Below the pieces are notes generated by a model, which was given only the letters and a program-made list of their open reading frames with translations, searched no databases and was not told the origin of the DNA. From Octopus sinensis (Eukaryota), in assembly GCF_006345805.1 (NCBI RefSeq), contig NW_021824884.1, positions 1 to 16,795 on the forward strand: a stretch of DNA of 16,795 bases. Direction: 5' to 3'. Below, piece by piece: positions 1 through 9,431 of this stretch (positions within the stretch are counted from its first letter, which is position 1; each line of letters begins with the position of its first letter). Both the position numbers and the translations under genes were made by a program.

Positions 1-426
1 AAATGCCTAAATTGTTATTCTTACACTCGGAACAGAGAGTGTCAGAACAAATGACACAATTCATTCAATGTGAAGCTCAGACGACCTTACAGATTGCCTA
101 CCCACGTTATATGTAAAAGCTAATACATTAGCTCCATCGGTTATTTATGTTTCAACAAAAATGAAGCCGGATGATATATCATCTTACATGTTTCAACACA
201 GCTCAATTATAAAGAGTCATTAATGAACTCTTGCAACAAACACGCTTGGAATACTTCCACGAAGGCATTACTTATGCAATGAGGAAATATTATATGGTTT
301 ACAGGTTAGGTGATACATCGTATGAAGTAAATTATTTATTCAAAATGTTTGTTTAAAAAAATAAATCTACTGTACACGCACGACTCCATTGTTTAAGAGT
401 TTGCTTCAAAACTGGGCGTTTTCGGA

Positions 427-521
427 TACATACACACACACACACACACATGCACACACACACCGACATACACAGATACACATAGACACAGACAGAGAGA
501 CAGACAGACGGACACACACAC

Positions 522-562
<41 letters not shown>
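427..562. repeat. Compound microsatellite (CA)n/(GACA)n/(TA)n
   Basis: Read directly; explains ORFs 353-619, 389-580 and 406-612. Confidence 0.95.
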
Positions 563-565
563 GCA

Positions 566-850
566 GTAATAAGTCTCTGAGCGAGGTATAAACGGTAGCT
601 GCACGACATCATGAAGCATATTTGCTACCTAAATGTAGCTAACCCTTAAGGGTCGATGCTACTGTAGCTTGTAGCCCCAGGAAGACATCTCCTCCTGCTG
701 GCTATTGACAAGTATCTGTGCCCTATCAGTATTTGCAAAGAGAAATCATCGTTCCCATCTCCAGCCTGACGTGATACACACGGACCCGAGTTTCTGGGTA
801 TTCACCCGTCATCAGCATGTGACAACCACTGGTTGGCCACGAGAAGTTGT
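566..850 (-). mobile_element. ~285-bp hammerhead-carrying interspersed element (retrozyme or Penelope-like non-autonomous element)
   Basis: GC-richer complex block between two (TA)n tracts. It contains a hammerhead at 771-829, the palindrome ACCCTTAAGGGT (642-653) and six GTAGC/GCTAC pentamers. Boundaries approximate; repeat status inferred. Confidence 0.5.
771..829 (-). ncRNA. Type I (minimal, Penelope/retrozyme-like) hammerhead ribozyme
   Basis: Minus strand: GUGGU-UGU-CACAUG CUGAUGA C GGGU GAAU ACCC A GAAA C UCGG G UC/ CGUGUG-U-AUCAC. Core CUGAUGA (815-809), GAAAC (794-790) and GUC (785-783) are intact. Helix I is 6 bp + 3x1 internal loop + 5 bp, helix II is 4 bp with a GAAU loop, helix III is 2 bp + UCGG. 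Confidence 0.75.
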
Positions 851-852
851 TA

Positions 853-930
853 TATGTATATGTGTGTATGCATATATATATATATATATTATTTATAATA
901 TATATATATATATATATACGTGTATGTATA
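853..930. repeat. (TA)n/(TG)n microsatellite
   Basis: Read directly. Confidence 0.9.
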
Positions 931-1131
931 TTCCGTAGACGGAGACTAGTTCAGTCCTTGCTGCCTCACACTGACAAAGCGAACACGCCAAGGGCAGAAA
1001 CGTTTATGACTGACGTACTTGCAGACAATGCGAAAGGGTTTCTCGTATTCAATGAATTTAGAAAAGCTTGCAAAAATCTGTATCTCCTGCACTTTCGGCG
1101 TAGGGCAGAGTTTATTTCACCAACCTGCAAA

Positions 1132-1138
1132 TACACAC

Positions 1139-1189
<51 letters not shown>

Positions 1190-1206
1190 CACACAAGCAA
1201 ACACAG
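1132..1206. repeat. (CA)n microsatellite
   Basis: Read directly. Confidence 0.95.
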
Positions 1207-1344
1207 AGGTAAACAGAGTTAGCGGTTGGAATAACCGTGTAAGGGATAACAGTATCCGTTCTTACTGTTGGTATGCAAGCACACTATGCTCAAGGCTACA
1301 GGTAAAATAATTTAATAAACAAAAGTTTTTCAGGAATCAAAGTC

Positions 1345-1485
1345 AAATTGAGCAGAAAATGGAGAAATCTTGATCAACACCAATTGACTGCCATCGATTA
1401 TTATTTTTTAAAGTTTTGCATTATAAAAATAATCGATGGTAGTCAATTGGTGTTGATCAAGATTTCTCCATTTTCTGCTCAATTT
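1345..1485. repeat. Near-perfect inverted repeat, 58-bp arms, 25-bp spacer
   Basis: Arms 1345-1402 and 1428-1485 are reverse complements at 57/58 positions (G1390 opposite T1440). Confidence 0.97.
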
Positions 1486-1562
1486 ATATCTACATATATA
1501 TATAGAGAGAGGGGAGAGGGAGAGGGAGAGAGGGGAGAACAGAGAGGGAGAGAGATGTATGT

Positions 1563-1725
1563 ATGTGTTTGCGAGTCTGTGTTTGTCCTTCCATAATCAC
1601 TTGACAACTGATGCTGGTATGTTTACGTACCCGTAACTTAACGGTTCAACAGAAGAGACCTTTAGAGTAAGTACTAGGCTTACAAGGAATAAGTCCTGGG
1701 GTCGATATGCCCGACTAATAAAAGG
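1563..1725 (+). mobile_element. 3' body fragment of tRNA/CORE-like SINE (same family as 10578-10997)
   Basis: CTTGACAACTGATGCTGGTATGTTTACGTACCCGTAA...GAATAAGTCCTGGGGTCGATATGCCCGACTAA aligns to the reverse complement of ~10634-10703. Confidence 0.85.
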
Positions 1726-1734
1726 ATAGATAAA

Positions 1735-1820
<86 letters not shown>

Positions 1821-2080
1821 CATACATACATACATACATACATACATACATGCATACATACATACGTACATACATACACATTCGTACATACACACATACA
1901 TACATGCATACATACATATATACATACATACATACATACTCACATACATAGAGAAGGAGAGAGACGCAGAGATAAATGTACATACATGTACACATACATA
2001 CATACATACATACATACATACATACATACATACATACATACATACGTAATACATACATACATACATACAAATATATATAT
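1726..2080. repeat. Compound (GATA)n/(GACA)n/(TACA)n microsatellite
   Basis: Read directly; explains ORFs 1597-2070, 1680-2066 and 1715-1933. Confidence 0.95.
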
Positions 2081-2361
2081 ATGGTTGGTAATTAAATTGT
2101 CATCTAAATAACACTGACACCTCATTTTCGCAGATATATTTGCCAAAATTCCACAAAATTATCTTGAAATACTAAAGAGTAAATTTACTCAATAAAATCG
2201 CCATTGGCTTAAACCACAGCCTCTAGACGTCTTCGGAATCTCCTGCAACTCTTCTGGGTGGTCTTTCTGTTTAAGTTGGTGAATGCTGCCATAATCCTTG
2301 CCTTCAGTTCATCTTTGGTGTTACAAAGAGTCGTGTTGGTTTCTCATTCAACTGCGCCCCA
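2081..2361 (-). mobile_element. Tc1/mariner (probably maT/DD37D-like) transposon 3' remnant with decayed terminus
   Basis: Contains the transposase C-terminal pseudo-ORF, followed by ~100 bp of 3' sequence ending in a TA run at ~2080. TIR too decayed to delimit exactly. Confidence 0.75.
2185..2361 (-). pseudogene. Tc1/mariner transposase C-terminal fragment with two in-frame stops
   Basis: My translation: WGAVE*ETNTTLCNTKDELKARIMAAFTNLNRKTTQKSCRRFRRRLEAVV*ANGDFIE*. This matches the W...E...ELK..I...F..RLEAVV.A.G..IE end typical of Tc1/mariner transposases. Confidence 0.8.
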
Positions 2362-2496
2362 TGTTGGCAGGATATTTGATTTTCATCCCTTTTAGTACAT
2401 GTCCTCAGATTGTACTGTCCTCAGATTGACACCCAAATACTCTGAAATGTTCGTATTAGATCTTTCGGCACAAATGCTAAGCAGTGCAGCATAACG

Positions 2497-2574
2497 TTTC
2501 CAAATTTTGTCGGGTGCTGTTTTTTCCAAATTTTTTTCCAAATTTCGTCATGGTGCTGTTTTTCACACACTGTG
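2497..2574 (-). repeat. Two ~30-bp direct repeats ending at CACAGTG (possible DNA-transposon terminus)
   Basis: TTTCCAAATTTTGTCGGGTGCTGTTTTTTCC (2497-2527) and TTTCCAAATTTCGTCATGGTGCTGTTTTTC (2535-2564); CACTGTG at 2568-2574. Confidence 0.4.
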
Positions 2575-2851
2575 CCCAACTGACCCTACTATACTGTTTA
2601 GTCGACAAAATCAAAGAGAAACAATGGCCATGCACAAAATTAAAGATATAAAATGGTGACAATTTACCCATCGCATACTGAATATGCATATGTGTATATA
2701 TATGCATATATATAAGTGAAATAAATTATAGCAAATCCATAAGTGAAAAGCCAGCACAGAATGACAAATTAAAAGATAAATATTAATTGCACAGACGAAC
2801 TGAAAACATATATTAAGTGCAAAAAAAGACAAAAACCAGAAAACTGAGATC

Positions 2852-2910
2852 CCTATTTCCTCATCAGTTATCGACCAGAGGGTATTGCGCAATTTCGTGC
2901 CTTTAACGAT
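2852..2910 (+). repeat. Diverged relative of the TIR core of the 13802-14150 element
   Basis: CCTATTTCCTCATCAGTTATCGACC...GCAATTTCGTGCCTTTAACGATAAGATTG resembles 13861-13921 CCTAATTCTTCATTAGTTATCGACC...ACAGTTTCATACCTTCAACGATAAGACTG. Confidence 0.7.
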
Positions 2911-3099
2911 AAGATTGTTTCCCAGCTGGGCACATCCACAGGAGTTGCAGAGAATATTGGACCGAGAATAAAGAAACCATATATAGATAGATAACAAGCA
3001 ACACAGAAGGAGAGATACGAAAGTGATTTAAATGTAACTCAAGACGATAGATGAAGGACAAATACAAAATAGATAAAAAAAGCAAACAGAATACAGCTT

Positions 3100-3109
3100 T
3101 ATATATAGG

Positions 3110-3182
<73 letters not shown>

Positions 3183-3252
3183 TATATATTATTTATTTAT
3201 ATAGATATTATATATATATATCTATATATATATATATATATATACATGCGTA
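3100..3252. repeat. (TA)n microsatellite
   Basis: Read directly. Confidence 0.95.
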
Positions 3253-3320
3253 TATGTTGCAAGATTTAATTTGTGTACGTGTGTGTGCTTTGCTGGTGTT
3301 GGCCTGTCTCAATGTGTGCA

Positions 3321-3410
3321 CTTTATAAAGCATGTGGGGCGGGGGCGACCACGTGCGCTGCGCGTGTGTGTGAATATCCGTTTCTTTGCTTACACAACTG
3401 CATGCGCATG
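3321..3410 (-). promoter_or_regulatory. Candidate Pol II promoter motif cluster (TATA, GC box, E-box, NRF1-like)
   Basis: CTTTATAAAG 3321-3330, GGGGCGGGGGCG 3336-3347, CACGTG 3350-3355, TGCATGCGCATG 3399-3410, in a small CpG-rich patch. Motif evidence only. Confidence 0.25.
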
Positions 3411-3577
3411 GAATTCTCTGCAACTCCTTTCGCTTCTCTTAATGTATTAATATCATTTCGTTTCGACCACAATTTATTTCAATGCACACCGAACCACTAA
3501 TAAACCAATAAACCAATAAAAATACAAATAAATATACAGAGAGGAAAATAAAAGAAACAGAAAACACACCACACACA

Positions 3578-3950
<373 letters not shown>

Positions 3951-4014
3951 TAAATAAATAGGTATCATATAGAATGATTAATAAACAAATAAACTTAATG
4001 CGCAGCATAATATT

Positions 4015-4160
4015 GAAGAAAAAGGAAACGAAGAATGAAAGGAAGGGAGAGGGGTGGAGTGTGTGGAATAAAGAGGGGAATAAGGAAAAAGAAAGAGGGT
4101 CAGGAGGACAGAAAGAAAGGAAGGTGTGAAGGGAGAGGGAAAGATTGAAAGAGAGGAAGA
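4015..4160. repeat. Purine-rich (GA/GGA/GAAA) low-complexity tract
   Basis: Almost pyrimidine-free on the + strand. Confidence 0.85.
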
Positions 4161-4299
4161 AGTTTATAGTTACCCGGTCAGGTTTTTGTGTGTGCTCCAG
4201 AAAGTGTTATGTCTTGGATTAATTTAAATATATTTCACAGCCACGGTTTCTCTCCTTCACTCACTCACACTCTGTCTGTCTGTCTGACTCTCCATTTCT

Positions 4300-4347
4300 C
4301 TTTATATATCTCTCTATTTCTCTCTATCTCACTTTGTCACCCTCTCG

Positions 4348-4382
<35 letters not shown>

Positions 4383-4619
4383 ACATGCATAAATACGCAC
4401 GCATATATAAATATAGATACATACACACTCAGGCACGCACCTACATATACACAAACACACACACGCACACATATGCACTTGTATAATGTACGTGTTCATG
4501 TGTATATGTACAAGTACATATTTGTCTGTATAGGTATATTATATTTGTATATATATATATGTATATATATATGTATATATATATTATATATATATAATAT
4601 AAATACATATATAATAAAC

Positions 4620-4661
<42 letters not shown>

Positions 4662-4737
4662 CACGTATATACATATGCATATTCATGTGTGTGTATATAG
4701 CACATAAATACACACAGCCACCCATACACATACACAT

Positions 4738-4769
<32 letters not shown>

Positions 4770-4850
4770 AGTGTGCATGTATGTATGCATGTATGTATGT
4801 ATGTATATACGTATGTACTGTATGTATGTATGTATGTATGCATGTATGTG
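4300..4850. repeat. Compound (CT)n, (CA)n, (TA)n, (TG)n, (TATG)n microsatellites
   Basis: Read directly. Confidence 0.9.
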
Positions 4851-4959
4851 TTATAATTTTTTTCCGAGGGAATGTTCCAGAATGTATTTCTTAGCAATTC
4901 TGAATTTTGTTTTTGCTTTATGATTTTATTTAATTTTCTTTATTCGTTCATTAATTCCT

Positions 4960-5060
4960 TCCTTCGATCATTCTTTCTTTCCTTCTTTTTTCTTTCCTTC
5001 CTTCTTTCCTTCTTTCTTTCTTTTCTTTTCTTTTCTTTTCTTTTCTTTTTTTCCTATCTT
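4960..5060. repeat. (TTTC)n/(TTCC)n pyrimidine tract
   Basis: Read directly. Confidence 0.9.
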
Positions 5061-5459
5061 TCTATTACGTTTATTAGAAATTTTGGATTTTGTTGTCTGG
5101 CATCGCAGGTTTTATTAAGATTTCCTTTTTGTTAGCATTATTAAAACAGTTATCTTATCGCACGGCTTTTTCAAAGAATGAGATTGCCAATAACATGTAA
5201 CTTTCTGGAAATAATGGTCAAATCTCAAGACATGCTTGATAATATGAAAAGATTCGTTAAGAAATGCAAATTCTTATGTCGGAATTGCCAATATAACGAG
5301 AACTGTGTTTCTGCCTAGATTTATCGCTAAGATTTAAATCGCTTACTTAGCAGCACCACCCTTCTTCAAAAGATTTCGCTGGGGAAATAATTTATTCAAA
5401 CTCATCTCTTTTACTGGAAATTTCATTTACATTTCTTCCTGTCTCCGTATGATTTGCAC

Positions 5460-5769
5460 TTATCTGTCTATCTCTCTCGATCTTTATCTTCTCCTTCTTT
5501 TTCATTCATTATATCTATCTACCTCTTTCTCTATCTCTCCCCCTATATATGTGCTGTGTGTCTGTATGTGTGTGTGTGTGTGAACATATATATAACCATA
5601 TGTATATATATATATATATACATATGGTTATCTCACTGTAGATAGATGTAAATGTATGTTTAGATATGTATACACGTGTATATATCTATATCTATATTCA
5701 CAATATCTAACGCATATATATATATATATATGTGTGTGTGTGTATATGTATATATATGTATAATGGTAT

Positions 5770-5801
<32 letters not shown>

Positions 5802-6005
5802 TATATATATGTATAATGGTATATATAGATATACATATATATGTATATGTATATATGTATGAATGTGTATATATATATATATGTTTATATATATATACAC
5901 ACAAAATGTAAATATACCTATATGTATACATCTTATATCTATATCTGTATCTATTTATCAAACGATCTATCTATCAATCTATATATATATATGCATGAAT
6001 ATATG
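5460..6005. repeat. Compound (TCTA)/(TG)/(TA) microsatellite field
   Basis: Read directly. Confidence 0.9.
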
Positions 6006-6179
6006 AGATACGGTAAGAACAAAGTTCTCCTTGCAGATTTGGACTGATCGCCACCTATCAAAATTGACAGCTTTCGATAAACAAACTCTACTCTCACATT
6101 CAGTACTCGCATTTCTCCTACATCGCGCAAACGTTTTGTATTTAAGCATCATACATTTATGCATTTCTTCACGCTTTTA

Positions 6180-6216
<37 letters not shown>

Positions 6217-6376
6217 TTGGATTTCTATTTATATGTATATATACATTATGTATATATATATATATTATGCATATATATATTTATATACATATATATATAT
6301 ATACATAATAACATTACATAATATTGAGGTCTCTTTCTTTCTTTTGTATTTCCCGTTTTTACCAATATATATATTA

Positions 6377-6417
<41 letters not shown>

Positions 6418-6575
6418 CACTCATATTGAATACTCACATTTCTACTGTATCGCATAAAAGATTTGTGCTTAAACATCATACGTATGCGTATTTCTGTGTG
6501 TTTATATGCATATATATATGTGTGTGTGAGTGTGTATTTGCATGTGTTTCTGTGTGTGTATGTGTGTGAGTGTGA
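6180..6575. repeat. (TA)n and (TG)n microsatellite field
   Basis: Read directly. Confidence 0.85.
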
Positions 6576-6907
6576 AGTTATCTATGCATGTAAACGTATG
6601 GGTCTCACATATGCATGCACCAATCACTTTCATATCCAAACACTCACTTTGCTTTATCATTCAGTCTATATCTCTATCTCCCCATCAATGAAAATTCAGC
6701 CAATCTTGCGCTGTTTTTATTTCTGTTCTCACCTCCTATCAACATTATCAATGAAATCTATGTGGACCATATTTCAATATTCCTTTGCTTTGGAATACAT
6801 CTGAAGCCGAGAAATCTTTAATATTCATATACTTATTCAGACCACAACACACGCACATGTACATACCTAAAATGCTACACATATGCAAACTATTATATCC
6901 CCTACGA

Positions 6908-7002
6908 TAATAATATATATATATATATATATATAATATATATATAATATATATAGAAGAGAGAGAGAGAGAGAGAGAGAGATGTATGTATATATGTATA
7001 TA
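6908..7002. repeat. (TA)n-(GA)n microsatellite
   Basis: Read directly. Confidence 0.9.
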
Positions 7003-7447
7003 AAACAAAGTGAAGATACTAAAAGAATGAGCTCCAAATATTCTAAAGATGTTTACTGTTAACTCTATTTGATAAACAAGGAAGGCTGAAAGCAGCAAGA
7101 AGTATTACGTTTCGGATATAGTTCTTCTTCACCGATAAGAGAAAAGGTCAGACAAAAGTTGAAATTGAGATAGGAAGTACAAATCAAATAGCGTTAGGAG
7201 AAGAATGCATGTGATGCGTTCATACATTTATAGTGTGACTGATGTCTAAATTCCATGAGATATAGCCAATATTTAGAACTCCGTGTGAATACTTAAGGAT
7301 CAAAAGGACTCTATACTATACTCAAAAATACCTTAGACTAGTCCCCATAGTTTGAAACATGACTGAGTACAAAGTAAAAAAGGACGATAAAACTGGAGAT
7401 TTAGAAGCCAGACATATAGAGACGGCCATTCAAAGGACGTTCGTACC

Positions 7448-7498
7448 GGTGGTACCGCAGCAGTGGCACAACCTTTAAGATGAAACACGTAAAAGAGT
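7448..7498 (+). mobile_element. Degraded copy of the shared LINE/SINE 3' tail
   Basis: GGTGGTACCGCAGCAGTGGCACAACC...GATGAAACACGTAAAAGAG resembles 15853-15903 GGCAGTGCCCCAGCATGGCCACAGC...GCTGAAACTAGAGAAAAGAG. Confidence 0.55.
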
Positions 7499-7524
7499 AA
7501 ATTTATGAACACTCTTGTTCCTTC

Positions 7525-7544
7525 GTTTTCTCTTTCTCTCCTTC

Positions 7545-7584
<40 letters not shown>

Positions 7585-7645
7585 CTCCCTGTATATATAT
7601 ATATATATCTATATATATATATATATGAACACACACACACACACA
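7525..7645. repeat. (CT)n-(TA)n-(CA)n microsatellite
   Basis: Read directly. Confidence 0.9.
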
Positions 7646-7984
7646 TTGATGGAGTATTTGTTTTTTTTAAGTCTCAGCTACGTAACTTCCGATGCATAAA
7701 ATTTCATTTCCAAAGGTAATACTGAATCTCAAATCACTGTTATGAGTATTTCCGATATTGCTGCTTGGGGTATCGCATTGTGGTCACTCTCTTCCTGGTT
7801 CCATCCGAGAAGGTGTTTAGGGAACTTCCGTACTTGGCGGCAGTTTTCATCCGGTTTTGCAATTTCGACCGTTTATTGTATTGAATTTCCCTGAGAACGA
7901 TTTATTCTCACGAAAGCATTTGCTAAATATTTTTGTTTCATTTTGTTTTAATTTGGACGCAGCCACATGCAGATATAAATAGAA

Positions 7985-8013
7985 ACACACACAGACACAC
8001 AGACACACACACA

Positions 8014-8060
<47 letters not shown>

Positions 8061-8080
8061 CACACATACACACACACACA
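7985..8080. repeat. (CA)n microsatellite
   Basis: Read directly. Confidence 0.95.
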
Positions 8081-8656
8081 GGCTATCACTTTGTGAACTG
8101 GAAAGGATTTGATACTTTTGCGTCAATAATGATGGTATTTTGAATTTAGCGTGGCTCTCTTTTTGCTACCATATATATCCATATGAAGCAATGATGTTCG
8201 TATATATTTCAAAGTGTATTGTTTCACGTTCCTATTCTTAAAATGTCATCCCCACAAAGTAATCTAGGATTTCAGAAGCAGTAGACTATTAAAGGTAAAA
8301 TGGGTGAATCGCTTGATAGATTTAAGGCGTTGTTCATGCATCAGCGTTGAAGGGGATATAACGCACCAATTTTACAATTACAGATATCTGCTGTTTGTTT
8401 TTTCTTTGGCGCAGTCATATGATCACAGATCTGTTTCACTAAATGAATATCAGGAACCACGCACTGTGTTGAGTACTCACTGTTGGATGGATATGGTAGT
8501 TACTGTCAAATGTAAGATATGTACAACTGGGCCTGACTTTGATATTTTGTCTGTTGAAAATATCTATTAAATTTTCACCCAATCTACGTCACTTTCACAA
8601 AAAAATTGTCATGGTAAATCGCATTCCCCAAGAACTTTAAATGCTATAAACAATCA

Positions 8657-8834
8657 TTTCTACTATAGACACAAAGCCTGAAATTTTGATGAGGTGTAAG
8701 TTATGGAACTTAATTTATCGACCCTGAGAAGATGAAAATCAAAGTTGACCGCGGCTGAATTTGAACTCGGAACGTAACAACGGACGAAATCCCATTAAGC
8801 ATTTCGTCTGGTGTGCTAACGATCTTGCCACCTC
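8657..8834 (-). mobile_element. tRNA-derived SINE (copy A), internally deleted
   Basis: Minus-strand head GAGGTGGCAAGATCGTTAGC (A-box-like) and GAGTTCAAATTC (B box), with a GACGAAAT/ATTTCGTC stem; homologous to 8897-9035 and 9432-9490. Confidence 0.75.
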
Positions 8835-8896
8835 AAAATTTGCACAATAAAAAGAAACATTTGCGAAAGCCACCAGCTTACAAGTATGTAAGAATA

Positions 8897-9035
8897 CCTT
8901 CTAATAAAGACATAATGCCTGAAATTTCTTAGGGGAGAGGTGTAGCTGATTATATCGGCCCTAGCGCTCAACCGGTATTTATTTTCTTTATCAACTCTGA
9001 AAGAAAAGCAAAATCGACCCCAGTGGCATTTGAAC
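8897..9035 (-). mobile_element. Same SINE family (copy B, 3' part)
   Basis: GACATAATGCCTGAAATT...ATCGACCCCAGTGGCATTTGAAC parallels copy A GACACAAAGCCTGAAATT...GTTGACCGCGGCTGAATTTGAAC. Confidence 0.7.
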
Positions 9036-9099
9036 AAAGAAAGAGAACATTTTTTTTACATTATTTACAGTTGACGGATATTTCTCTTATTATGCCTTA

Positions 9100-9417
9100 G
9101 GGCATATGGCGTAGTGGTTAAGAGTGCGAGCTACTAACTCCAAGATTCCCGAGTTCGATTCCAGGCAGTGACCTGAATAATAATAATAAGAAGAAGAAGA
9201 AGAAGAAGAAGAAAATAATAATAATAATAATAATAATAACTTAGGTACGAGAACCCAGGTTCGAAATTTCCCCAAGACACCCGATGACGGCTGGAGGGTA
9301 TATCAGCTGAAACGTGTTAACGACAAACAAGATGTGGAGGAATATCCGTCAAATGTGAATAATGTAAATAATGCAAATAATGTACATAATTCCTCATCTC
9401 TTAAATATAGAACTGTA
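9100..9417 (+). mobile_element. tRNA-headed SINE with internal (AAT)n/(AAG)n tract and Penelope-type hammerhead-like 3' module
   Basis: A box TGGCGTAGTGG 9107-9117 and B box GAGTTCGATTCC 9151-9162, with anticodon-loop-like CTACTAA. Hammerhead-like motif at 9276-9318; 9-bp AAATAATGT tail repeats; inferred end ...TATAGAACTGTA. Confidence 0.85.
9276..9318 (+). ncRNA. Degenerate minimal hammerhead motif (predicted inactive in this copy)
   Basis: GACAC CCGAUGA C GGCUGG AGGGUAUA UCAGCU GAAAC GUGUU. Helix II is 6 bp and helix I is GACAC/GUGUU, but the core has U4>C and no GUH triplet separates GAAAC from helix I. Confidence 0.6.
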
Positions 9418-9431
9418 AGAAGGGGAAACTG

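Noticed and set aside
966-1009. CTGACAA...GAAACGTT hammerhead-like spacing
   Set aside because: Core G8 is missing, helix II is unconvincing and helix I has a mismatch next to the core.
939-1130. Complex stretch open on both strands (ORFs 847-1212, 966-1196)
   Set aside because: No homology recognised; both ORFs extend into flanking microsatellites.
2400-2428. Duplicated TGTCCTCAGATTG (CTGAGGA on minus)
   Set aside because: No helix II/GAAAC geometry; probably a short duplication or deletion scar in an unidentified repeat.
2830-2880. CTGATGA on the minus strand (and CCGATGA at ~14079)
   Set aside because: No downstream GAAAC or GUH; part of the TIR family.
8415-8546. Overlapping candidate exons on both strands (plus 8415-8495/8511; minus 70 nt ending in GTGAGT)
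   Set aside because: They are mutually conflicting and encode no recognisable peptide; cannot be resolved without RNA-seq.
9100-9170. Functional tRNA gene (CTACTAA loop)
   Set aside because: No acceptor-stem pairing or T-run terminator, and it continues into a SINE body.
9361-9390. CRISPR-like or other repeat-spacer array
   Set aside because: Only 9-bp tandem tail repeats; no repeat-spacer array anywhere in this eukaryotic window.
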